A stretch of DNA of 64,000 bases from Torpedo marmorata (GCA_977017645.1 OZ360225.1:167524001-167588000), one strand, 5' to 3'; positions 13,001 through 23,733 are shown, counted from the stretch's first letter. Program-made: numbers and translations. Notes: generated by a model from the letters alone, not told the origin.

Positions 13001-13726
13001 CGATCTTTGCAAGACATGGAATTCCTCAAATTGTCTACAGTGACAATGGACCATGCTACAGTTGTAGAGAATTCCAGAACTTTGCAGAAGAGTATGATTT
13101 TTGACATGTGACTTCAAGTCCTCTGCATCCACAGTCAAACGGTAAAGCAGAGAAAGGAGTTCACATAGTTAAACAGTTGCTGAAGAAAGCGGCTCAGATC
13201 CATATCTAGCTTTATTGAGTTACAGAGCTTAACCACTTGACATGGCGTGTCACTCACTGAGCTTCTGATGGGACGTAGACTACGCACCACACTTCCCTAC
13301 TCTACAGACCCAAACAAGAACATAGATGTCGAAGACGTCGAACGGAAACAAAAGCGTCTGCAATGGAGACAAAAAGCAAACTATGACAAGTCAGCAAGAA
13401 GCTTAGGGCCACTGGCACAACATGATGCAGTGAGACTCAGAGATTCCAACACTTGGGACAAAAAGGCTACTGTTCTTGAGGAAATAAATCCAAGATCCTA
13501 CACTGTCAGAACAGAGGATGGTCAAATACTGAGGAGGAATCGAAACAGCCTGCTGAAAATGCAAGAGATACTGCAGGAACAGACAGATGCAGAAGATTCA
13601 GCCTGCACAGCGACAGAGGAAACACCACCAGCGCTAGACAGTAGTGGACCAGCAGAGCCGACACAAGCACCTGTGTTAAGAAGATCCACATGTGTTATCA
13701 AAGTACCTGACAGACTGAATCTCTAA
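10051..13726 (+). pseudogene. pol: Gypsy pol remnant (protease, RT, RNase H, integrase)
   Basis: FKMDTGAK at 10141. RT ORF 10440-11090 (LDASQGFWQ, MPFG, YMDD). RNase H ORF 11107-11661 (DASKDG, YAQVEKE). Integrase HHCC/core pieces at 12008-12262, 12907-13104 (SDNGP) and 13247-13726. Confidence 0.93.
12248..12906 (-). mobile_element. L1 3' fragment inserted in Gypsy integrase
   Basis: Poly-T and ORF 12505-12834, highly similar to the end of ORF 20626-22779. 12-bp TSD AATTACTTGCTG (12236-12247, 12907-12918). Confidence 0.93.
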
Positions 13727-13894
13727 AAGAAAAAGAACTGCACACTTCAAAGTTTGTGCTGCTGATGTTTATGTTTACGTTTGTGTTGAACTTTAAATTG
13801 AAAGAATACTGTATTAGTGTGTCATATTGTTAGATTAAACATCTCAAGGAAACGGGATGTAGTGATAGTGTGTGTTACGAACTAACAAACCCTG

Positions 13895-14761
13895 TGTAGT
13901 GAGTGAGGTAACAGGTTTGGTGGATCTCAAAGTCAAGGACTCTAGACACAGTTTTGGTCGTAAGGGATTTTATTTTAAAAAGGCTGCCGTGGGAAAATGG
14001 TAACAGATGCAACACACACACACACACAATTTACTGCAGCCTTGGGAAAATCGGATCGGCAATAAAACAATGTGGACAATTAATAACGAACGTGGGAAAA
14101 AGTCGGGACGGCAATAACGCGCTCAGCTTAATAGCGATCGTGGGAAAATCGCCTGGGAACGAAGTACACACACACACATAACCAACTGGGTACATACAAT
14201 AATCAAGGAAAAATCAATACGATGACCCACCACCCCTTGACTCAGTGCAGGCACGGCTCTATGCTACTTAGGGACACTAATTAAATACTCCCAACCCTTT
14301 TAAACAGTGCACATTTTACCAACAATTTCTCCAGCGCCCTTCACGGTTCTAGGCCTGGAGTGAAACAGGGTGGTCCCAAGCTGGAAAAGAGGGAAAACAA
14401 AGAACATGTGGCACCTTTATAGTGCTGGGGGGTCCAGCCCAGGTCGTTAACAGGGGGCCAATGGCTTGGTGCCAGGAAGGTTAATCCAATTACAACAGCC
14501 AATGGCCCAAGGCCAAGTACAGGCAGGCTGGAGAGTCCAGCCTAGGTAATTTACTGGGGGCCAATGGCTCAGTGCCAGCAAGGTTAAGCTGATTACAAAG
14601 GACAATGTCCCAAGGCCAAGTACAAAGGAATTTAAATTGGCCAACAGCAAGGTGTGCACTAATAGGTGGGGCGGGGCTAAACCTTGATTGGCAGGTGGTG
14701 TGTCCTCCGATTAGGTAGGGGGCAGTGCTGTCACGTGACAGCCACAACCCTTCCCAATACA
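13895..14761 (-). repeat. ERV 3' LTR (867 bp)
   Basis: Direct repeat of 18223-19116. Multiple CCAAT boxes; minus-strand TATAAA at ~14415-14420 and AATAAA at ~13968-13973. Confidence 0.93.
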
Positions 14762-15854
14762 ATCCACCCCTCGGAAGTCACACCACTCACCAATCATTAC
14801 GAAGACCATCAATAACTCTATGTATATGTTTAAGTAAAAACAAAAAGACAGGTTTAAAAAAAAGCAATACGAATCAAACAGGTCAATTTATAAACAAGTG
14901 CCTTTGGTATTCTGGACAAGACACAGTCAAATTCAATGACAACACCTCACCAGCCCCCCCCCCACCCCCCCCCGACCAAATAGGGTCGCTGTGTTACCGA
15001 TGGAGCAGGGTGCTGTGGGAGCTGCTCCCCAGTGTCAGAGGGGAGGGTAGAAAAAGGAATTTGTGTGGTCACCGACACGTATGCCTGGTTTCTCCAGCTT
15101 GGTTGGCAAATGTGAGCACCCTTACCACCAACGTCTGCGAGCAGGCAGTGCAAGGTCATCCATCAGGTGCCAGAGCTCTCTCTTGGCGTGCGCATCCTGC
15201 GCCTTGGCCTCACGCTTGGGCGCTCCCTAAGCACAGTTCCCAGATGCATGTCACCGTGCTATCCCGTGGTGAGTCAGGGGGCAGGCCGGCAGGTATACAT
15301 CTAGGGTGTACCGAGAGCACCCTTTTTATGTGGGCTGGTGTTTGACACCAGGATGCCGTTCCTGCTCGCGTTCTCTTTAAACGGGTGCCCCAAGTGCCTG
15401 TGCTGGACCCCTGCAACGATAGTCGCGAGGAGTCGGGACCAAAAGCCAGCCAATTTAGTGTTTTCACATAAACGTCCCCGAAGCCCCCACCCCATGAGGT
15501 GTTTTTCTGTTAATGTGAGTTCTGGGGTGATGCTGTCATTGTGAAACAAAATACATACAATGTTTCCAACCATGGTCTGATTGATGACTTACAAACTGTA
15601 ACTTCAATTTCTCTGAGTGTGCTTAGAGACATTATGCATAGTAAATACCACAGATCATAACAAAGGATGTTGGAATGACAGATGATAAAGTTTCTATAGC
15701 AACAGCTGTTCTCTTGCTGAGACTTTTTTTTGCATAATACCTAACAAACTCTCTTGTTGGTCAGTAGTCAGTTCAGTGTCACTGTTAAGGTGCTAGCAAA
15801 ATCATAAGTGAACCTGAGGAAAGTGTTGGCCGACGTCGCGGTATCGAATAGGTT

Positions 15855-16250
15855 GTAGGGAGCGGCAGCTCCAGGCAGAGATTTTGTCCAGAAGCCTTGC
15901 GAGACTCTGCGCCCTTGGATCTTCTGTCAGAGGTTCCATTCAGCGACCGCCTCACTGGCCGAGACCTGTAATTTAAAAGGAACACCTGCCTGGCAGAGAG
16001 GGGGTGGCAGTGGTTCTTCAACGGCTTGCTTTGCTGTGTCAGAAGCAGCCTGTTGTTCTGGTCACCATAAGAATGTGGCTTTCTTATGGGAGACTCTATA
16101 GGGTGGTTTAAAGAGCATGGTAAGGTGGGATATATGCTGCTGCCAATAAAGGAGGCCCACAAAGCTCTGGGTGTCTGTTTTATTTGAGGGGATGGCAAAA
16201 TTCAAAATTTCATTCTTGGCAGTCTCAGAAATATGTCTTTGGCATCAACT
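15855..16250 (-). pseudogene. pol: ERV pol remnant (RT thumb/connection)
   Basis: Frameshift-corrected minus translation FAIPSNKTDTQSFVGLL.YWQQHISHL...KATFLW*PEQQAA...VPFKLQVSASEAVAEWNL*QKIQGRRVSQGFWTKSLPGAAAPY parallels ERV-L pol (PPTTKKEAQ..VGLFGFWRQHIPHL..FEWGPEQ..WSLWQ..PLGFWSK). Confidence 0.8.
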
Positions 16251-16524
16251 TCCGGTTCGAGCGCAGTTGATTCTAATTTAAATTAAATTATTTTTGGCTG
16301 ACACTCATTTTTCAAAAGTGGCACCTCCCCCCCCCGCCCCCTGCGACGCGGTCCCCTTCCGCTCGCTCCGACGCGCACCCCCCCCCCGTTCGCTCCAACG
16401 CGGCTGACACACCCCCCCCAGACCAATGGAGCGAACGAGGGGGAGAGGGAGGGAGAGAGGGGTGGGGGAGAGAGGGCGGGAGAGGGCAATGGAACAAATG
16501 CGCCGGGGGGGCCTGGCATTCATC

Positions 16525-18168
16525 CTATGGGAGAGGGGTGGGGGTCTGCCACCCCGTGGGTGAGGGTTCCTGCTGGTGCAGATGGGACAATTCCTGTCTC
16601 AGCAGGTCTCTGAGCTCAGTCTTGAGGGCAGGAGAGACTGTTTCGAGTGGGGGAGGAGCAGAGGCAGTGTCAGTGTCAGTGTCGACGGGGGCAGCCCTGC
16701 GCTTGATCCCAGGGTGGTTGTGGGTTTTCCCCTGGCCAGATTTCCCCCCCACAAAGCTCTTTCCACAGCGCGTAAATGGCAGAGGTCGAGATCACATCAA
16801 TTCTGGCGCGGTCCGCCCCTGTGCGCAGCAGATCCAAGTACAGCTGCCTGCGTGTAAAGCGGGGAGGGATTGTGTTTCCAGCCCTTGCCTCTGCACTACG
16901 GACCTGGGTGGGTGCCCCCCGCTGCATGTATTCTAGCCCTTGCAGGAGGGTGATGGCGTCCCACACGGTCTTCCCATTAGCTGGTGCCATGTGGGGCAGG
17001 ACCACTGACTTTAAATCGGGGCGCGCGGTGGTGACCAGGTATCCTGCTAGGGCACCGGTCACCTGGGTATTTTCTAAAAAATTACAGTCGCGGGCACCCT
17101 GGTAGATGCCATTAACCAGCACCAACTCTCTAATAACCCAGGTGCCCTCACTGACCGTGCCCCATTGTGGGCGCCCGTGTAGATCCCACTCCATGAGGGT
17201 GGGGTACTGGACCCTCACCGCAGTCACTACCCGATCCCACAGGGTAGCGCCATCCCGGATCTCTGGCCGTGGCGCCCATAGGGCATTGTTGATGCTTTGT
17301 TGGTCAGAGAGGCTCCCCAGGGCATTCGCCTCTTGATGAGCAAGGCTCAAGTTGGGTGTCCCCTCATCCCACAGCCGGAGTAACCATGCGGCCACGTGCT
17401 CGCCCGGCTGTTGGCGGTACCGATCCCCCAGCTGGGTCAGCTCCTTTGGGGAGAAATCCCGGGTCTCTGTGGTCTCAGTGTGACCACGGGCATGCCCCCC
17501 TGCGACTTGGTCATCCTCACCTTCCTCCTCTCTGCGGTGGACCTGGGACCGCGTGGTGACAGGTCGAGCGTGCAGGGGTTCGGGTGCATAAGGGGAAGGG
17601 TGGTAGTAGGACCTAGGCTCCTCGGGCACCCCCTCCTCATCACTGTTTAACCATATATCCCCATCCCCCAGCCACGCGTCCAGATTTTACCGTGCTGGAC
17701 CAGGGCTCGGATGTTTTGCGGGTCAGTCTGCCAGCCAGACCTGCTGCAGCTGTATGAGCCTGCAGGTGACTTAAGTCCCCCTGACCTCGAGATCGTTGGC
17801 TTGAGTCTGGGCCGCTTGTACTGCCTCCTGCAGCGTGCAGCAGCGGTGCCGGAGCTCTTCTAACTCCCTGTCCTTCTGGTTGCCTAAATGCTGGATCTGG
17901 CCAGTAATCCCGACCTGGCGTCTCAGAAAGGACGTGAACAGCCAAAAGGCACCCCTTTGACTTTTGGGAACCCAGACTTCTTAAGGAGGGAGACCACGTG
18001 GTGCCCCAGTTTCTCGCCACGTGGGTCCAACTGCTTGGACCAGTCCACTGCTTTACCGTGGTCCGCCAGCATGCTGGCCAAGCGTTCAAATCCCTCCCTC
18101 TCATCGGTCCACCCGGGAATCCTATCCTCAGTGCCTACACTGGCTTTTTTGCCCCTGTTCCAGAACAT
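16525..18168 (-). pseudogene. gag: ERV-L/Fv1-like gag with frameshifts
   Basis: ATG at 18168 (MFWNRGKK). ORF 16676-17629 contains FSPKELTQLGDRYRQQPGEHVAAWLLRLWDEG...LGSLS, the ERV-L gag/Fv1 capsid signature. The C-terminal piece ends with TAG at 16525. Confidence 0.85.
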
Positions 18169-18202
18169 TCTCCCATGCCTGTGTCCAGCCAAGACCTCTG
18201 AG

Positions 18203-18220
18203 ACCCTGCTTGCAGCGCCA
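18203..18220 (-). promoter_or_regulatory. ERV primer-binding site, best match tRNA-Ser(CGA)
   Basis: Minus strand TGGCGCTGCAAGCAGGGT, 2 nt after the 5' LTR. Compare TGGCGCTGTGAGCAGGAT, the complement of vertebrate tRNA-Ser(CGA) as recalled from memory. Confidence 0.65.
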
Positions 18221-18222
18221 CT

Positions 18223-19116
18223 TGTTGTGAGTGAGGAAACACGTTTGGTGGGTCTCAAAGGCAAGGACTCTTGACACACAGTTTTGTAGTAAGGGATTTT
18301 ATTTTAAAAAGGCAGCTGTGGGAAAATGGTAACAGATGCAGCACACACACACACACACAATTTACAGTAGCCGTGGGAAAATTTGATCGGCAATAAAACA
18401 ACACGGAAAATTAATAACGAACATGGGAAAAAGTCGGGACAGCAATAAAAAACGCACTCAGCTTAATAGCGATCGTGGGAAAATCGCATGGGAACAAAGT
18501 ACACACACACATACAACCAACTGGGTACATACAATAATCAAGGAAAAATCAATACGATGCCCCACCACCCCTTGACTCAGTGCAGGCACGGCTCTATACT
18601 ACTTAGGGACACTAATTAAACGCTCCCAACCCTTTTGAACAGTGCACATCTTACCAACAATTTCTCCAGTGCCCTTCCACTGTTCTAGGCCTGGAGTGAA
18701 GTAGGGTGGTCCCAAGCTGGCAAAGAGGGAGAACAAAGAACATGCTGGAGGGCTAGGGGGTCCAGCCCAGGTCTTTAGCAGGGGGCCAATGGCTCGGTGC
18801 CAGGAAGGTTAATCCAATTACAACAGCCAATGGCCCAAGGCCAAGTGCAGGCAGGCTGGAGAGTCCAGCCCAGGTAATTTACTGGGGGCCAATGGCTCAG
18901 TGCCAGCAAGGTAAAGCTGATTACAAAGGCCAATGGTCCAAGGCCAAGTACAAAGGAATTTAAATTGGCCAACGGCAAGGTGTGCACTAATGCGTGGGTC
19001 GGGGCCAAATCTTGATTGGCAGGTAGTGTGTCCAAATCTTGATTGGCAGGTGGTGTGTCCTCCGATTAGGTAGGGGGCAGTGTTGTCACTTGACAGCCAC
19101 GACCCTTCCCAATACA
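18223..19116 (-). repeat. ERV 5' LTR (894 bp)
   Basis: Direct repeat of 13895-14761, adjacent to the PBS. Has an extra ~27-bp tandem duplication at ~19006-19060. Confidence 0.93.
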
Positions 19117-20352
19117 CCCTGTTAGTACTAACAAAGGAACAGCAATGGAAGATGCACCAGTCAATGGTAAATCCAAAAGAATAGTTTTATTTAAACTATT
19201 AATAACATAACATATCTTACTTATCTCTAAACTTAACTTTAACTTAAACCCCACTATACGCAAATGTAAATGTGTGTGTGTTAAAGTTTAAACTTGATTT
19301 TGAAAAATCAATTTTTAAAGTCCAGTTTCAAACTTCTTTTGTTGAACTTCAGGATTCCTTTAAATTGTGTTTCAGAAGTAATTATAAAGCCAAAGTGAAG
19401 CATCCGATTTTTTCAATCTCACAAGTCTTTTGATGAGTTGTCTTTCAGATATAGTCTTCATACGTGTGTTTTCACAAGTTTCCCCCTATCTTGTTAGGGT
19501 TACGGAACTGTGATCTTCAAGATGATTTCTTTCTTAATCAGCGTGACCATCTTTTCATGGACACACGAGGCTGCTTCTTATATGTAGTCAGAAGTGGTGT
19601 TACTTATTTTAAAAGCCACTTATTGTATATCTCCTATGGTAAGGATAATACACAAAACAGCACCTCTATCTATTTCAGAGATCACTGCTTCAAATTCTGT
19701 CTTTCCAGAAAGTCAAATTTCTTCAGTCTGATTCAAAATGTCTCTCTGCCTTCAGTATATAGTTCTCTGACATCATGTGACGTGACATCAGCACAGTTTC
19801 ATTTCTACAAAACCTCCAGCCTTTCTCCAAAACCACTTCATATCCATAAAGACATCTGACCTCATCTCTGTTTAAGTGGCTATGTCTCCGGAAAGTCTGA
19901 CACATGTCACTTAAATGGCACTTGAGTTTGCAACAGTTGCAGGCATAATGCTTTTAAGAACCACACATTGTCCTGAAATCCATTAAGATCCAGACGCTGC
20001 GACTCCAAGCTGACACTTTTTCTCTTAGTGCAGTGGTGTATCTGGAAATGTGATGTGACCTGTGTGTGACCCTGTACCATCCCACAACTAACCTTACCAA
20101 AAATATCTATATTTCTATAACTTAACTTTAAGTATTAATATTAACTTTAAGACATCCGTTACATGTGCTACCACTAGGAGGAGTCGGAGAGGAGTTGTGT
20201 GGCAGCTGTTGCATCTTGGGAAACCTGTTGCATCTTGGGTAGATTCAAGATGGATGCCTCCACATGAGGTCTTGTCTGTGTGCGTTCTGCTCTCAGTACT
20301 GTTTGCTTTAGTTAATAAATGTAGTTGTTTAAAAAGAACCCAAGTTTCTTTA

Positions 20353-22938
20353 CTTTTTTAAAAATTATTTTATTTAAACTTTTAAATCACAAAATACATA
20401 AAATAAAATATATAATCATCAAAATACATGTGATACATTTTCACCCCCCCACCTCCCTCTCCTCCCTAACCCCCCCATCCCCACTAATCTAGTAATATAA
20501 AGTAAAAATAAAAATAAAAATAGAAAAAAGAAAGAAAGGAAAAGATAGAATAAGGGGAATATCATCTATAAACTAATTCTATTACGGAGGTCAAGTATGC
20601 CAGTAGATCTGATATCTAGAGATCTTCAAATCCCTAAACCCACAGCTCTCATATATGGGCTCCAAATTTTCAAAAAGAAATGATATTTATTACGTAAATT
20701 ATAAGTAATTTTTCCCAGTGGCATACACGAACGAAGCTCTGCATGCCATCTTTCTAATCCTAAATCTAAATCAGATTTCCAAGTAATAGCAATGCATTTT
20801 TTCGAAACCGCTAAAGCAATTCGTAAAAATTCTACTTGAAACATATTTAATTTCTTTTTAATACTAAATTTTCTAATATCTCCAAATAAAAATAACATAG
20901 GATCCATTGGAAATGTAATATTAAATACTTTATCTAAATTTTTTTTAACTTTCAACCAAAAATCTTGAATCTTTGGACAAAACCATGTAGAATGAACAAA
21001 AAAGCCTTCCTCATTATTACATCTAAAACATAATCCTGATAATGTCGGATTAAATTTCTTTAATTTTTTAGGTGTTAAATATAATTGATGAAAGAAATTA
21101 TACTGTACTAATCTATATCTAACATTAATAATTTTTGTCATACTTAACTTACATAAATCTTTCCAATGAATCTCATCTATATTTACATTTAAATCTAGTT
21201 CCCATTTTAATCTTGATTTGTGCAATCCTATTTTAGGCATTTTCCTCTGAAACAATTTATACATTTGAGAAATAAATTTATTAACTTCTCCATTAGTAAC
21301 TAATAATTCTAATTCATTTTGTCTTGGTAAAATCAAAGCATGACCTAATTTCTCGGTTAAAAAATCTTTAACTTGATAATAAGCTAAAAATGTATTATCT
21401 AATATATTAAATTTATCTTTCATTCTTTGAAACGTAATAAATCTTCCAGCTTCAAAACAATCATTAATCTTCTTAATACCTTTTTGAAACCAAATTTTAA
21501 ATAACTGATTATTAACAGTAAATGATATAAGTCCATTTTGATATAATGGCATATTTGAAGAAATTAATCCTCTTCCACCTATCTCTTTATCCAATTTACC
21601 CCATATTTCTAACAGATGTTTAATAATCGGTGAATTTTTCTTTTTTACTGATATTAATTTAGAATCCCATTTATAAATAATCTCTTCTTTAAAATTTTCT
21701 CCTATATTATTTAATTCTATTTTAATCCAAGCAGAAGTTTTATTTGAATCAAAAAATTCATTAACAAATTTTAATTGGGCTGCTTTATAATAATTTTGAA
21801 AATTAGGAAGTTGCAATCCACCCAACTCATAATTCCAAGTTAACTTTTCCATGCTTACTCTTGCTAACTTTCCTTTCCATAAAAAATTCCTAATAATAAA
21901 ATTTAAATCTTTAAAATTTTTTTGAGGAATTCCAAAAGGAATTGATTGAAAAAGATACTGAACTCTTGGAAAAATATTCATTTTAATACAATTTACCCTT
22001 CCCATTAAAGTTATGGGTAAATCTTTCAAATTCTCTAAATCTTTCTTTATTTTCACAAATAATGGTAGATAATTTAATTTATATAAGTTTTCCAATTTTG
22101 TATCAACCTTAACCCCCAAATATTTAATTCCTTCTTTAGCCCATTTAAATTGTGTAATTTCTTTACATCTAGTATAATCACCTTGAGATAAAGCCATTAT
22201 TTCACTCTTATCTGAATTAATTTTATATCCAGATATTTTACCATATTCTCTTAATTTAATAGATAATTGTTGAAGTGATATAATAGATTTTGTCATATAT
22301 ATCAATACATCATCTGCAAACAAACTAATTTTATGTTCTTCCGTACCAACTTTAATACCCACTCTTTTAGGATCTTTTCTAACTAATTCAGCCAAGGGTT
22401 CTATTGCCAAAACAAATAAAGCTGGTGACAGGGGACATCCCTGTCTCGTAGAACGTGTCAAAGAAAATTTTGGCGATATTTGTCCATTTGTAATTACTTT
22501 AGCTGATGGTTCTTTATATATAGTTTTAATCCAATTTATAAATGTATTTCCAAAACCAAATTTTTCTAATACCTTAAATAAAAAATTCCATTCTAATCTA
22601 TCAAAAGCCTTTTCAGCATCTAATGTTACAACTAATGGTAAATCTTGCTTCTTTTTATGCAAACCAATTAATCTAGCTATATTATCCTTTGAATATCTAT
22701 TTTTAATAAAACCAGCTTGATCTAGATGTATCAAATCTGGCAAATATTTAGCCAATCTGTTTGCTAAAATTTTTGCCATTATTTTATAATCTACATTTAA
22801 TAATGAAATAGGTCTATGATTCAGTTTTTAATACATCTCTATCTTTCTTTGGTATAACTGTAATTATAGCATTTAAAAATGTTTTCGGTAATAAATGAGT
22901 TTCCGTAATTTGATCTAGTACTTCCATATATGGAGGTA
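20353..22938 (-). mobile_element. Young 5'-truncated L1 (2.6 kb) inserted in the Gypsy-1 3' LTR
   Basis: 13-bp TSD CCAAGTTTCTTTA (20340-20352, 22939-22951), T-rich tail and a long open ORF. Confidence 0.95.
20626..22779 (-). CDS. L1 ORF2 partial (RT plus C-terminal cysteine-rich domain), 717 aa uninterrupted
   Basis: LDAEKAFD, TRQGCPLSP, FADD, YLG, GGLQLP and CFRC...HSTWFC. Confidence 0.92.
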   Translation of the reverse strand: MAKILANRLAKYLPDLIHLDQAGFIKNRYSKDNIARLIGLHKKKQDLPLVVTLDAEKAFDRLEWNFLFKVLEKFGFGNTFINWIKTIYKEPSAKVITNGQISPKFSLTRSTRQGCPLSPALFVLAIEPLAELVRKDPKRVGIKVGTEEHKISLFADDVLIYMTKSIISLQQLSIKLREYGKISGYKINSDKSEIMALSQGDYTRCKEITQFKWAKEGIKYLGVKVDTKLENLYKLNYLPLFVKIKKDLENLKDLPITLMGRVNCIKMNIFPRVQYLFQSIPFGIPQKNFKDLNFIIRNFLWKGKLARVSMEKLTWNYELGGLQLPNFQNYYKAAQLKFVNEFFDSNKTSAWIKIELNNIGENFKEEIIYKWDSKLISVKKKNSPIIKHLLEIWGKLDKEIGGRGLISSNMPLYQNGLISFTVNNQLFKIWFQKGIKKINDCFEAGRFITFQRMKDKFNILDNTFLAYYQVKDFLTEKLGHALILPRQNELELLVTNGEVNKFISQMYKLFQRKMPKIGLHKSRLKWELDLNVNIDEIHWKDLCKLSMTKIINVRYRLVQYNFFHQLYLTPKKLKKFNPTLSGLCFRCNNEEGFFVHSTWFCPKIQDFWLKVKKNLDKVFNITFPMDPMLFLFGDIRKFSIKKKLNMFQVEFLRIALAVSKKCIAITWKSDLDLGLERWHAELRSCMPLGKITYNLRNKYHFFLKIWSPYMRAVGLGI

Positions 22939-23733
22939 CCAAGTTTCTTTATTGTAATAGCAGAAACATCACAGCCTCCAGCCTCTTCATTTTGAATATA
23001 ACATGGAGAGCTCCCAAGCTCCCATAGACCCCATTTGAGATGTAATCCATCGTTCTCTCAAATATTTACCACATCTATTATCAATCTATCTTTTAGCCCT
23101 ATCCTGACCATCTTGTTCAACTCCTGTACATTTTATCCCACTTTCCAATATTTATGGACGAAGAGCTAGAAGAATGTAACTTCTGGGATACAACTGAAAA
23201 TATTAAATGTTCTCTTTAGACTATCAATGCATAAAATAAGTTAAGGACAATTACAATCAATTGGTTGTATTATATGGTGTAGCACACCTGTGCTATTTCA
23301 TTTGTATGTTGGCAAATTTTCCTTGGAGAGCTCACGAGGATGAGGATTACAGAGGCAATTGGAATATATTATGACATTGGGGTTACAGTACAGTGTTGTA
23401 GTAAAAAGGAAATAAATTTAAGTTGTATCTGTCTGCACCAGAAAAATTATTTATACTTCAGATGGACCTTGAACCTTCCATGCCACCAACCTTGAAAGCC
23501 AATGAAAGAATTTTTAACATGTGGCCACCATTGTTATACCATGTCACACTCACCAAGGTCATAGCACTGCAAATACAGTATATAAAGTTTGATGATTACT
23601 TTTGGGTTAAGGAGGAAAGATTGACAAAGATTAGGCATTTTGAGAGCAGAACCAATATAGTGGAGGTGGTGGCACTATTAACGTCCATCTGAATCACTGT
23701 AATAGGGGAATGAAGTTTTGGTTTGTAACCCAG

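Larger units (their letters stand above)
13895..19116 (-). mobile_element. Class III (ERV-L/ERV-S-like) endogenous retrovirus, internally deleted
   Basis: LTRs at 13895-14761 and 18223-19116. 5-bp TSD CCCTG (13890-13894, 19117-19121). ERV-L-type PPT GAGGGGTGGAT, ERV-L-like gag and a pol fragment. Confidence 0.92.
13873..20163 (-). mobile_element. Solo LTR (~1.06 kb: 13873-13894 plus 19122-20163) inserted in the Gypsy-1 3' LTR and split by the ERV
   Basis: Termini TGTTACG...CGTTACA and 4-bp TSD TGTG (13869-13872, 20164-20167). No coding content. Orientation is inferred only from a minus-strand AATAAA near 19185. Confidence 0.8.
8000..22973 (+). mobile_element. Gypsy (Mag-like) LTR retrotransposon, full-length but degenerate, hosting nested insertions
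   Basis: TG...CA LTRs at 8000-8220 and, in pieces, 13858-13872 / 20164-20352 / 22939-22973. 5-bp TSD GCCTC (7995-7999, 22974-22978). PBS at 8221, PPT AAGGAAACGGGA before 13858. Domain order gag-PR-RT-RH-IN. Confidence 0.95.

Noticed and set aside
14725-15345. 206-aa plus-strand ORF inside the ERV
   Set aside because: It is antisense to the provirus, starts inside the LTR at a non-ATG codon, crosses homopolymer runs and has no recognisable motif.
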